DNA from: Amphiscolops sp. MND2022
Taxonomy: Eukaryota
DNA: 64,000 nt
Reading direction: 5' to 3'
Assembly: GCA_964187785.1 (NCBI GenBank)
Contig: OZ076409.1
Coordinates: forward strand, 75,952,001-76,016,000
A program made the translations under genes and the position numbers. Shown piece by piece: positions 47,462 through 58,941 of this stretch. A model generated the notes under the pieces. That model was not told the DNA's origin and ran no database searches. It worked only from the letters and a program-made list of their open reading frames with translations. The stretch's first letter is position 1. Every line of letters starts with the position of its first letter.

Positions 47462-49631
47462 GTGGAGGTTATTATATATCAATTAAAGTGTTTTTTTCCG
47501 GAGTTTGTGGCTTTGGAAAAAACAAAAGGCGAGAAATTGGGCACTCCAGGCTGAACCTAAAAACACCCTAAAATTCGCCCGATTTTTTTACGATCTCGAA
47601 ACCCAACCGTACGATTTGGCTGAAAATTTGCATGTGGCTCCTAATCAATGAGTAATGAAAAAGTGTAGGAGTGACTTTTCCTGGGAAAATTGTTTTTGTT
47701 GCACTTTTTGCGCAATTTTTGACCGATTGTTGCGTTTTTTATGTCACTTTTGACTTTTCAGGCAAAAAACTCATAGATGCTTTGATCCTAGCGCATCGAG
47801 TGTTTCGACCAAAAAGTTGCAACATGGTCTTTTACGTACGTTGAGAAAATTTGGTAGCCATCGTATTACCCCCCACTGAGATAGAGGGAACTTCCGGTGG
47901 ATTTTCGCACTCTAAAAACGAGGACCTCCTAAATTTCAGCATGAAGCCGTAGTTTTAGCGTGCTCATACCCTGCTGAAGTTTTGTTGGGCATATTGAGAT
48001 AGTTATGATATCATGTGTTCAGTTCACCCCCCATCACCCCCTGGACCGGAAATGAACTTTTTTTGCACTATCATACCGGAAGTCTCCAATTTCACCGTTA
48101 AGCAGTTCTTGTACGAGCAACTACCAGGACATCAAAATTGAAGTACCACCTGAGGTCAACGTAGTGACTACGTGTTGTCCAGTCATAGGTTCCGCTATGA
48201 CCGGAAATGGGGTCCAAACCCCCTTTTTTGGTTGTTTTTCAACAATTTTACGAGTGTTTGGTCCACATTCAAGTCGCGTAAGTCAATTGAATCAGTGTGA
48301 GCATAAACTGTATGTTCACTGCGTAGACGTAACTGACACTGACAGATACCGGAAGTAACCCCCCGTGACCGGAAGTTGTCATTTTTGACCGGAAATGGTC
48401 CAAAATGTAGCGTAAAATCAGTTTTCCACTGCTTTTTAAAGTCAACTTATTATTTTTTCAATCTCCGCGAGCTTGTATTCAGGTTCGTTTTTGTTACCCG
48501 TGCACTTTGCAACAAATATACATCTGTAAAATTTTCTCTATAATATCTTCGGATAGAGAAATAACGTGTTTTTGAGACTTTTTTCAAAAATATTAGACTA
48601 TATCTGTCATTTACCCAAAGTTTTTCAACATAACGACCACAGTGGTTCGTCTCTGCCCAAATTTGTGCCTAAAAAACTATTTGGCCCATTGGCCTCAGTT
48701 TGAGCGTTCCAGCTTTGCGTGATCATAAGCTAAGGGACTTGAAAAAATTTCGAACTTTTTTCAAAAAAAAATTCTCACATTCATGTCTCCCAAAGTGAAG
48801 AAACTTCCACACAACTAGGATTGCAAGTGGATGCATGTGGCAAGCCCTATAATTGAAGGGAAAAATGCCGCTTAGAACGTCTCTTTATCGTAACTTGACG
48901 TTAACGTATGGTGCTTTGAATGAGAGCTTGATAAGAGGTCGAGAAGTCAAAGTGTGTAAATGGAACGTATGTCTCGTCGAAAACTCACCGGAATTCATGC
49001 AATGAACCCCAATTGTCCTCAATTGCAGTTGCCTACTGCAACAACGTCTTTCTGGTACATTTTACTCTTTTTCATAAGTGTCAAAATTATTTTTAAATTC
49101 AGTTAGCAAGAAACACTTGAGTACATTTTCATCTCTCCCCAGCGGGTGAGATGAGAATGTTCTTGCTAAATGCCAGGTACTACGGCCCCCCTTTTGTTTT
49201 AATGCGACGCATTCTCTGCTTTAGCACATAGATATTTCATTTCGCCTGGTTTTTTGTATACTCTCTGACTTGTTATTATAAAGTTCTCGTCATTACTGTA
49301 CATAAATTTACAACCATAAATCGTTATCGGCAACGCCACATACACTTAGACACCCACCATTCTGTAGGTATGTCGAGGCATACCTTTCGATTATGTCATA
49401 ACGCAAACGCGATAAAAAGTGCTGAAATTCAGAAACAGTGACAATCAATTTTCACTATTTGACATATGGTAGGTTTTTATAGGGAACTTACACATCACTG
49501 ACATTTCACAACATTCCAGCTGACGCCCACATACCATATCAACGCCCACCGTCCGTGGGCATGCCGAGGCATGCCCTTCGACGACGTATGCCAATTTTTT
49601 TATATCTACACTCAATTGCGGTAGCAGCTAG
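47462..49631 (+). mobile_element. Composite non-autonomous unit 19, 2170 bp
   Basis: Family C 5' part, diverged standard 3' part, relic terminal hairpin at 49366-49385 without CTAG, then an intact terminus at 49557-49631. Confidence 0.72.
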
Positions 49632-50903
49632 GTGGCCGTGTCTTTTCGACGTGCTTTTGCATTGAGGAGTGGGTAGGGCCCCGCGACGACCTAGAAGAAT
49701 TGGATGCTCACCGAAACGTGCAGAATTCTACGAGATCTCATAGTTTGAGCCATACGATTTTTCTGAAATTTGGCATGTGGCCTGGAATTGGTGAGTAGGT
49801 AAAACGTGTAGGAGGTGATTTTTCCCAAATTCCACTGTGAGACGAGATATGGGCAAATAACGGTCCCAAAAATGGCAAAAATGCACTTTTTTCAACTTTG
49901 TCAGCCAATATCTCATTTCCAGGTGCCCGGAGCGGGACGCGTTAAGCTGATTATAAACTCTAGGGTGTTGAGGCTGTACGGGGAAGTCAGGCCCGTTCCG
50001 ATCGGACTTGTAGTCTTGGAGAAATAACGGTATTTTTGGGGAACCTTTTCTAACGGTCCAGCTTATCTTTGCCATTTTTTCGAAAATGTACTCGCCTAAA
50101 GGCCTCCCCCTGGCCGAATTTACTCCCAGCAAAACCATTTGGCCCTAAATACGGAGTTTCAGCGTTCCAGCATTCCCGGGCGAAAAGTTGTGGGACTTGG
50201 AAAATTTTCAAAAATTTTCAAAAAATTTTTTTTTTCGTTTTCCGGGCCCCCAATGAAGGGGAAACGACCCCCCAACCCTTATTTTGAGTGAATGCATGTG
50301 GAAAGGTCATGGTTAGAGGAGAAAAATACCGTTTAGATTGTCTTTCTATTTTAACTTGACATTGACTTATGACGTTTTGAATGTGATGTTAGGATGTGTG
50401 AGGCATGTGAAAAGTTGATGTTTTGAGTCTTTATCTCATATGAAAGCAATTGAGATGCACGCTGTCCTGCTCAAAACGTCTTTCGTTGTAGTTTTCCAGT
50501 GCACCAGAACCCTTTGGTGTCATTTGAACATACTTTTCTTCGGTTTATTAACATTTATAATGTGTTTATTCCAATTTTTATTATCTTATAGCTCAAAACA
50601 GTTGAGTACATTTCATCTCCCTTTCGGGGGAGATGAGAATGTACTCGCTAAAGACCTAGCGCCATGACCAAACTTTGAAGCGCACGTTTTGTATCTTCTT
50701 ACAGACTTGTTTTTGTATTTTTTCGGATTTTTCTAAAAAATAATAATATACTTGAAATACATTACTTGACTTTACTACTACATTCCACCTCCAACGTCAA
50801 CGCCCCCCTGCTTGCATCAACGCCCACCGTCCGTGGGCATGCCGAGGCATGCCCTTCGACGACGTATGCCAAATGCCCAGTGCCACGCAGTCATTATCGC
50901 TAG
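49632..50903 (+). mobile_element. Non-autonomous unit 20, family B variant, 1272 bp
   Basis: Near-identical to unit 15. Confidence 0.8.
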
Positions 50904-52170
50904 GTGGCCGGGAATTTTTTTTCTGCTCAATTCTTTGCCAACTGGGGGAGGGGCCCCTGGTGGCTGTTACCCAAATTACATACCTACCCAAATCGTCCGC
51001 TCCGGATACGATCTCAAAACTGAGCCACACAATTTTCCTGAAACTTTGCATGTGAGCCTAAAATGAGATTGTAAGAACAATGATATAGGCGTTATTCCTG
51101 AATTTTTTCAAAAAGTTGGTCAAAAACGCAAAAAATGGGTCAAAATTGACCTCTTTTTCAACTTTTTTATTTTTGAGAGCCCATATCTCGGAACGAGGTG
51201 GCCGTAGCGGGCCGCATAAGGACTCCGTTTTTGCTGGGCACTTGATGAGGAGTGCGTGGACAAATTTTCGTCCAAATCGAAGGAAAATTGACTGAGTAAT
51301 GAGTGATTTTTTGACGACCTTTTTTGCGAACCCCATTGTATCTCTGCCATTTTCCGCCAAAATTTTCAAAAATGCTTCTACAGGAGGCAACCCCTACCCA
51401 ATTTTCTGCAAAACAAAACCATTTGGCCCTAAATACGAGGTTTCAGCGTTCTAGCATTCCCCGGTGAAAAGTTATAGGACTTAGAAATTTGTCATTGAAA
51501 CGCAAAATTTGTAAAGTCAACTTCCGGTGCCCAAAAGTCACAAAACTTTCACACAACTAGTATTGCAAGTGAATGCATGTGGAAAGTACTGAAATAGACG
51601 AGAAAAATGAGCTATAGAACGACTCTCTACCTTAACCTGACGTTGACTTATGATGTTTTGAATGTGAGCATCCTATCTGATTTTAATGTCAAAAATGAGA
51701 TTTTGTAAGTCATGTCTCATCAAAAACTCAACGGAATACGTTCAATCATCCCCATAGCTGTTCAATTGCCGTGGCTTAGCGCAGCAACGCCATTTAATGT
51801 CTTTGGACCCAATTTGAAAATTATCGATACCGTCTTATTCGTCCGATATCACGAAACAGTTGAGTACATTCCATCTCCCTCTTTGGGGGGAGATGAGAAT
51901 GTACTCGCTAAAGAGCTGGTACAATGGCCCATATTTGTTTTTAACTGACGCTTCTCATGATATTTCACACGTACACCTCTATTTGGTAACACATTTTCCT
52001 TTGCACCATGTTTATATATGCTAAACCACTTCTTTACCTTACTACTTCTACTCTAACATCACCAACGTCAACGCCACATACTCGCATCAACGCCCACCGT
52101 CCGTAGGCATGCCGAGGCATGCCTTTCGACGACGTATACCTAGTATACGCGTTAGCGCGGTAGCCGCTAG
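50904..52170 (+). mobile_element. Non-autonomous unit 21, family E, 1267 bp
   Basis: Close tandem relative of unit 22. Confidence 0.8.
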
Positions 52171-53437
52171 GTGGCTGGGAATTTTTTTTCTGCTCAATTC
52201 TTTGCCAACTGGGGGAGGGGCCCCTGGTGGCTGTTACCCAAAATACATACCTACTAAAATCGTCCGCTCCGGAGACGATCTCGAAAACCAATCCATAACT
52301 TTTTCTGAAACTTTGCATGTGGGCCTAAAATGAGATTGTAAGAACAATGATATAGGCGTCATTTCTGAATTTTTGCAAAAAGTTGGTCAAAAACGCAAAA
52401 AATGGGTCAAAATTGACCACTTTTTCAACTTTTTTATTTTTGAGAGCCCATATCTCGGAACGAGGTGGCCGTAGCGGCCCGCATAAGGACTCCGTTTTTG
52501 CTGGGCACTTGATGAGGAGTGCGTGGACAAATTTTTGTCCCAATCGAAGTAAAATTGACTGAGTAATGAGTGATTTTTTGACGACCTTTTTTGCGAACCC
52601 CATTGTATCTCTGCCATTTTCCGCCAAAATTTTCAAAAGTGCTTCTACAGGAGGCAATCCCTGCCCAATTTTCTGCAAAACAAAACCATTTGGCCCTAAA
52701 TACGAGGTTTCAGCGTTCTAGCATTCCCCGGTGAAAAGTTATGGGACTTAGAAATTTGTCAGTGAAACGCAAAATTTGTAAAGTCAACTTCCGGTGCCCA
52801 AAAGTCACAAAACTTTCACACAACTAGTATTGCAAGTGAATGCATGTGGAAAGTACTGAAATAGACGAGAAAAATGAGCTATAGAACGACTCTCTACCTT
52901 AACCTGACGTTGACTTATGATGTTTTGAATGTGAGCATCCTATGTGATTTTAATGTCAAAAATGAGATTTTGTAAGTCATGTCTCATCAAAAACTCATCG
53001 GAATACGTTCAATCATCTCTATAGCTGTTCAATTGCCGTAGCTTAGTACAGCAACGCCATTGAATGTCTTTGGACCCATTTTGAAAATTATCGATACCGT
53101 CTTATTCGTCCGATATCACGAAACAGTTGAGTACATTCCATCTCCCTCTTTGGGGGGAGATGAGAATGTACTCGCTAAAGAGCTGGTACAATGGCCCATA
53201 TTTGTTTTTAACTGACGCTTCTCATGATATTTCACACGTACACCTCTATTTGGTAACACATTTTCCTTTGCACCATGTTTATATATGCTAAACCACTTCT
53301 TTACCTTACTACTTCTACTCAAACATCACCAACGTCAACGCCACATACTCGCATCAACGCCCACCGTCCGTAGGCATGCCGAGGCATGCCTTTCGACGAC
53401 GTATACCTAGTATACGCGTTAGCGCGGTAGCCGCTAG
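52171..53437 (+). mobile_element. Non-autonomous unit 22, family E, 1267 bp; last unit of the array
   Basis: Ends CCGCTAG followed by unrelated TTAAGAG. Confidence 0.8.
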
Positions 53438-55179
53438 TTAAGAGAAACCAACTAACTAATCAGGCTATGAAGGACATCTTTTTCATTGCTAAATTTATTC
53501 AAGTCGCTTGTCCGCGATTAGCTGAAAATGAAGGTGCAATTTTTGTCCAGCTTTAGGAGATATGGGCTGATTTGATAATTTTTTTGAACTAGTTCTTTTA
53601 TAAAGTACTTATTGTCTACCACTGTAAAAATAGTGAAATCACTATGAAAATACATAGTCTTAACCTAAGAAAATATCAGTGACTAAGAAAGAAATAAAAA
53701 TAGCTACATGGATAGATAATTTTGGCATTCTACAGTCTTCAATATAGCTGATGGGATTTTCACAAACCGCGGGGTAAAATTTCACGAGGACTTTATCCTG
53801 GAGGCCAATTTAATGAATTTCGATATTAGGTGAAAAATCGAAAATTCTGTTTTATTAGAATTTGTGAAAGAATCTAATACTTCGTAGAGATGAAAAAATG
53901 TACGAACACAAAGGCTTGTTCTGTCTAGCATTTGTTGATGAAAAATTCCTCAATAGGCAATTCAATTCAGGACGTCTGTCTCACATCAATGCAAAAAACG
54001 CAAAGAATTATTGAACAAAAAATCATTTCACAGCATTGTTTCATGGTGCAGCAAAATGAGAAGAAAACATGAAAACTTTATTTTTCATCATCTTTGTCAG
54101 CCAGCATGATTCAATATGAAGTTGGAGGTTTTGATAGAAAGTACAATTCTGGTCTCCTATGAATGTGACGTGTGGCCACGTCAGTTACAAATTCACAAAG
54201 CCCCATTTTCGTTTTTTTTCGGCGCTATGAAATTATCAAAAAGCTTCCACGGATTGAAGTACTTCACACTTTAGGCGGGGCGCTGACATGCCGTGCCGTT
54301 TCCTGCTTGGTTGGTTACGTAATCAATTATTGCAAAAGAATGAAATTATTGAGTACTTCTCAAACAAATGAGGCTATTTTTACGTCAAACGATACAATTA
54401 TCTATTTTGATCATGCTTATTAACCTATAATTGATGACACTTGAAGCAAAAATCTCACTGAAAAGTTGGGTTCTGCTGCAATAAAAGTTGATGCCTGAGG
54501 GTAGAATGACTTCGCTCTTCAACAGTAATTGAGGTCTCAGTTTTTCAATTGCCATCAAAAAATCGGAAATTTGTGGAAAAATGCATAAAAATGGATTTTT
54601 TTATTTTTGGCTAATTAGAGGGAATTTGAAGCTCTTAAAAAAAGCACTTTTTTTGATATGAAAAGTTCAAATATCAACGGTCACATAGTCTACGTACCTA
54701 ATTTCATGGTTGTGAAAAAACATCACAAATTCTAATTTTCTTCTTTTGCCATAAATAAAAATATGGGCGAAAATGAATTGCGTTCTCCAGAAATTTTAAC
54801 TGAACACTTAACCGATTTTTTTCCGTTACAATAGTTGTCGAACCCCCCGAGAATTGATAGATCTAAAAAACTTCGTGATCGAAAAATGGTTTATCCGAAA
54901 CGCGAGTATGATATTTGAATTATTTTAAGTTATGTGCGGTAAATGAAGAAAATGCTTACAGTGCAATCAGAATTCAGTTATAAGAAAGTTTGAACCCCGA
55001 ACTGAAAGGAATTTCAGTTCAAAAACTAGTGTGTGTTGACTTTGATCTTTATTAATCCACTAGGATTTATTAACTGATGAGACATTGATGACAAACAGTC
55101 GGTTCTGACTGAAAACTTTTGTTGCACTTAGCATTGATTACGTAACATCAGCTCTATTTGACTGCTTGATATCATCGAA

Positions 55180-55995
55180 ATGGCTCTTGAAACTTTACGA
55201 AATGAAATTACAAACGTGGAATCAACTCAAATTCGAGGACTACTGGAACTTTTCGTTAATTTACTTGAGCAAAAGAATGAAGAGGTGATCACCCTGAAGA
55301 ATCAAGTGCAAAATCTGGAAGAACGAGTCTTGGAAATGGAGCAATATTCATCAAAAGATTGTTTAATTATCGACAACATGCCTTTGGGTCATGGTAAGGT
55401 TACACTGGAGGAACAGGTATGTGCTTTTTTGAAACAATACTTGAATTATCAGTCCAATCCTTCCAATTTCAAAGCCTGTCATTTTCTGGGAAAATACGAG
55501 AAAGGCAAAAAGCAGCCACCAATCATCGTCAAATTTGTTTATTTTGGTGAAAAAGCTGAAATCTTTGGCCGGAAATCTTGGCTCGCTGGCAATCCTAATC
55601 TGTTCAATGGAAGAAGTATTTATTTGAGAGAGCGCCTTCCACTTCATCAAAGACTCATAAAAGAAAAAGCAGAAGAATACGATTTGATAACAACCACTCA
55701 AAATTGTGAAGTGAAAGTGTTCACTAATACTGATGGCAAGTTTACTAGTAAAGCAGTAAAAAGTATTCGCGCTATAGAGGACATAAAGAACGTTGCTGTA
55801 AAGCGTGCATCCAAAAAAAGAAAGCCTCACACACCGAGCACACCAATAGTCAAGAACGATGACGCCCTCAAATCAGTTCTTAAGCGAATTAGAGAGTCTC
55901 CCAATGAAGCTCAAAGTCTTCCCCGGTTGAAACAGATTAGAATGGACACCGAACAATTGGAAGATGAATCAAACCTTGCGGTCAAACTTACTTAA
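55180..55995 (+). CDS. LINE ORF1 protein (coiled coil plus RRM-like domain)
   Basis: Coiled coil followed by EQYSSKDCLIIDNMP, PIIVKF and IYLRERLP, typical of LINE ORF1p. Lies directly upstream of APE-RT. Confidence 0.8.
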   Translation: MALETLRNEITNVESTQIRGLLELFVNLLEQKNEEVITLKNQVQNLEERVLEMEQYSSKDCLIIDNMPLGHGKVTLEEQVCAFLKQYLNYQSNPSNFKACHFLGKYEKGKKQPPIIVKFVYFGEKAEIFGRKSWLAGNPNLFNGRSIYLRERLPLHQRLIKEKAEEYDLITTTQNCEVKVFTNTDGKFTSKAVKSIRAIEDIKNVAVKRASKKRKPHTPSTPIVKNDDALKSVLKRIRESPNEAQSLPRLKQIRMDTEQLEDESNLAVKLT

Positions 55996-56135
55996 GTGTA
56001 AAAACTATTCAATGTGCTGTTGCAACAAAAAGTAAACTACAATTATATAAAACAAGTTTGACTGCAACTACATTGGTCGAAACTTGAAATACTCTAAACA
56101 ACCCAATTATTTTTTTGTTTAACGAGAACCAAACA

Positions 56136-58941
56136 ATGACGCTATCAAACAATCTAATCTTAGGACTAAATATCCAGTGCTTAAGGTACCATAAAGATGA
56201 ACTACAAATCTTTTTGAAAAGTTTACCGAGTCTACCACAAGTTTTAGCTTTTGCTGAAACATGGGTTTCGGAAGAGGATGACCTCTATGATTACAATATT
56301 GATGGTTATCAGCCAATAGAATCAAAGCATAGACATAACGTCAAACGGAGGTCGGGCGGAGTTGCTATTTATGTGAAAAACGGTATCGAGTTCAGCCCTA
56401 TTGCGTTTGACACAGACATAGAATGCAAAATTTTGGAAATAAAATTCAGTGATGACGATGTGAAGCTAGTTTGCGTTGTCTATAGACCAGAGACAATGAG
56501 ATTGACCCAATTTTTCCCGAAATTTGAACACGTTTTGCATTTCATCAACTCTTTCATTCATGAATCGATAATTTTTGGGGATTTCAATATTGATACCCTA
56601 AAAACCGACTATGATCATGAAAACTATGTATCATTGTTAAATGCTTATGATTTCCAGCTCAGAAACTTTGAACCAACGCGAGTCACACCTAAGTCTAGAA
56701 CTTGTATTGATCATATGATATCACAGAATGACATTCTGACAGAAACAGTCAAAACAACAATTAGTGACCACTACAGCGTGCTAGCAAAATTTCCGAAGAC
56801 TGGAAGGCGTGAAAAAACCAGAGAACAACAATTCGTGAGAAATCTGAAAACAATTAAAGGGGATGGAGCTTTGAAATTTCTTTTTCTCCTCGATCAAAAG
56901 CTTAAGAAAATATCGTTGGACTCCCCCGTTGATGACCTCATTGTTCAAATGTCTGAAGCAATAATGGAATGCATCGATAAGTTCGCTCCGAAACAACCGA
57001 TTTTGCATAATAGTGATAATCAGTGGATAACAAATTCGATAAAAAATATATTGCTTAAACGAGACCAATTGTATCAGAAGTGGATTGACAATCCGTGTGA
57101 TGACTATAGAAAGAAATACAAATCCTATCGTAATAAAGTCACGCATATGATACGCGAAGCTAAAAGAATTGATAATTTCAAAAAACTAGGTAAAAATCCG
57201 GATTCCAAAACCATTTACAAAACATTAGGCATAAAGAAACGGCAACAACAAGTTTCAAATCTTCCTGACCTTGATGTGATAAATGAATATTTTGCAAATA
57301 TTGGCTCGAAGTTATCATCTAAATTACCTGAAATCCAAATTAAAACGGATATTGACAGGTTAGAAAAAACAATGGTTGTTCATCAAACAAATGCTTCAGA
57401 GGTAACTAAGATAATATGCGAAATGAAGTGCAAAAAAAGTTATGGTGAAGATGGCATCACCAACGAAATAATCAAATGCTGTTCTCCCATTGTTGAAAAT
57501 TTTATTGCAATTGCTTTTAATAAATGCATCCAAGAAAAAACATATCCGAAGTGTTTCAAAACTGCAAAAGTTATTCCTCTACACAAAAAAGGCGATAAAA
57601 CAGATCCATCCAATTACCGACCAATTAGTCTTTTGAGTTCATTAGGAAAAATTTTCGAGAAACTTTTGCACAAACGTATGGTCAAATTCTGCAAAAAAGA
57701 GAATATATTAACACATATTCAATATGGTTTCAGAGAGAAAAGATCATGCATTGACGCTATTAACTCTGTGACAGAATTCATGAGAAATGAAATTGAGGCA
57801 AAAAGCAAAGGACAAGCTTGCTTTATTGACTTACAGAAAGCGTTTGATACACTTGACCATGAATTTCTAATGTTCAAATTGGAGAAATATGGCTTCAGAG
57901 GAACAATTTTAGAAATACTCCGAGAGTATCTCAGTGACCGGTACCAATTTGTTTGTGAAAATGGAAATCATTCCAAAAAACTCTGTGTTAAAACTGGCGT
58001 TCCCCAGGGCAGTGTACTAGGCCCCTTCCTTTTCCTCCTTTACATCAATGATCTACAAAAAGTTGTGAAGGACAGCCAAATAGTGATGTTTGCAGATGAT
58101 ACAACTATTGTGAAATCTGGAAAACATACTGACCGGAAACTCAACGAAGATCTACATAGAATCACTGATTGGTTCACAGCTAGTAAACTTACAGTTAATA
58201 AAGATAAATGCGAAGCAATATCATTTGGCAGCGGATTGCCAGAAAAAATAATTATTTTAAATGAAGAACTATGTTACAAATCTTCATGTAAATACTTAGG
58301 TCTACATCTAGATGGAAGTCTCAAATTCAGGGAACACATCAATTACGTTGTGAAGAAACTCAATAAATTTTGTGGTTTAATTTACCGTGTCAGAGACTTG
58401 TATCCGAGAAAATGTCTTCTCATGTTCTATAATTCGTTTGCCAGGTCAATAATTTCCTACGGTATCTTAGTGTATGGCTCAGCAGCAAAAACAAATTTGA
58501 AAAAAAATTGAAAACGCACAGCGAAGAATTATCCGAGCTATTTTTTTCAAAAAGCGATCTGAATCCATTTCAAACTTGTTATTGGAAAATAAAGTCCCAA
58601 CAGTTTTTGAACTTTACATGGAAGAGCTTGTCAAGGAGTTGTTTAAGCAACTACGTAATGAGACACCACAAAAGTTTTTCCCTGAGAAAGTAGCAGAAAA
58701 GAATAAACCTACAACCCGCTGGAGTCAAAAAGGACTCTTTTCTTCAACCTATTGCAGAACTGTAGTAAAAAGGAAATCACTTGGGAACACTCTGCGAAAA
58801 GCATTCAATTGGTTGAAGTGGATGAACTTACTCCCGGGAAATATTGAGTCTTTCAGTAAGGTTCAATTGCGTAAATATACAAAAAATCTCACTGATTTGT
58901 ACATTGTTGATAACAAACACCTCTATTCAATTTTTTTCTAG
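56136..58941 (+). pseudogene. LINE ORF2: AP endonuclease plus reverse transcriptase, +1 frameshift in A8 run at 58500-58507
   Basis: APE motifs AETW, GGVAIY, VYRP, GDFNID, CIDH and SDH. RT motifs YRPISLL, QYGF, DLQKAFD, GVPQGSVLGP, FADD and KYLG. Deleting one A continues as KIENAQRRIIRAIF into the 58576-58941 frame. Confidence 0.85.

Larger units (their letters stand above)
1..53437 (+). mobile_element. Heterogeneous head-to-tail array of Helitron-like rolling-circle elements (22 complete units plus a partial one; continues left of the window)
   Basis: 23 copies of the terminal module CAACGCCC(A/C)CCGTCCGT-hairpin-TTCGACGACGT...CTAG, with CTAG ending at 79, 1367, 2634, 4029, 5418, 6692, 18742, 20016, 21280, 22552, 23826, 25098, 39814, 41082, 42363, 43633, 44902, 46171, 47461, 49631, 50903, 52170 and 53437. 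All are followed by GTG except the last (CTAG|TTAAG, unique flank). Two units encode Rep-helicases. Confidence 0.9.

Noticed and set aside
1..53437. CRISPR array or bacterial integron
   Set aside because: Spacers are >1.2 kb and related to each other, there is no cas gene or tyrosine integrase, and the context is eukaryotic (introns, LINE). The integron comparison is only an analogy.
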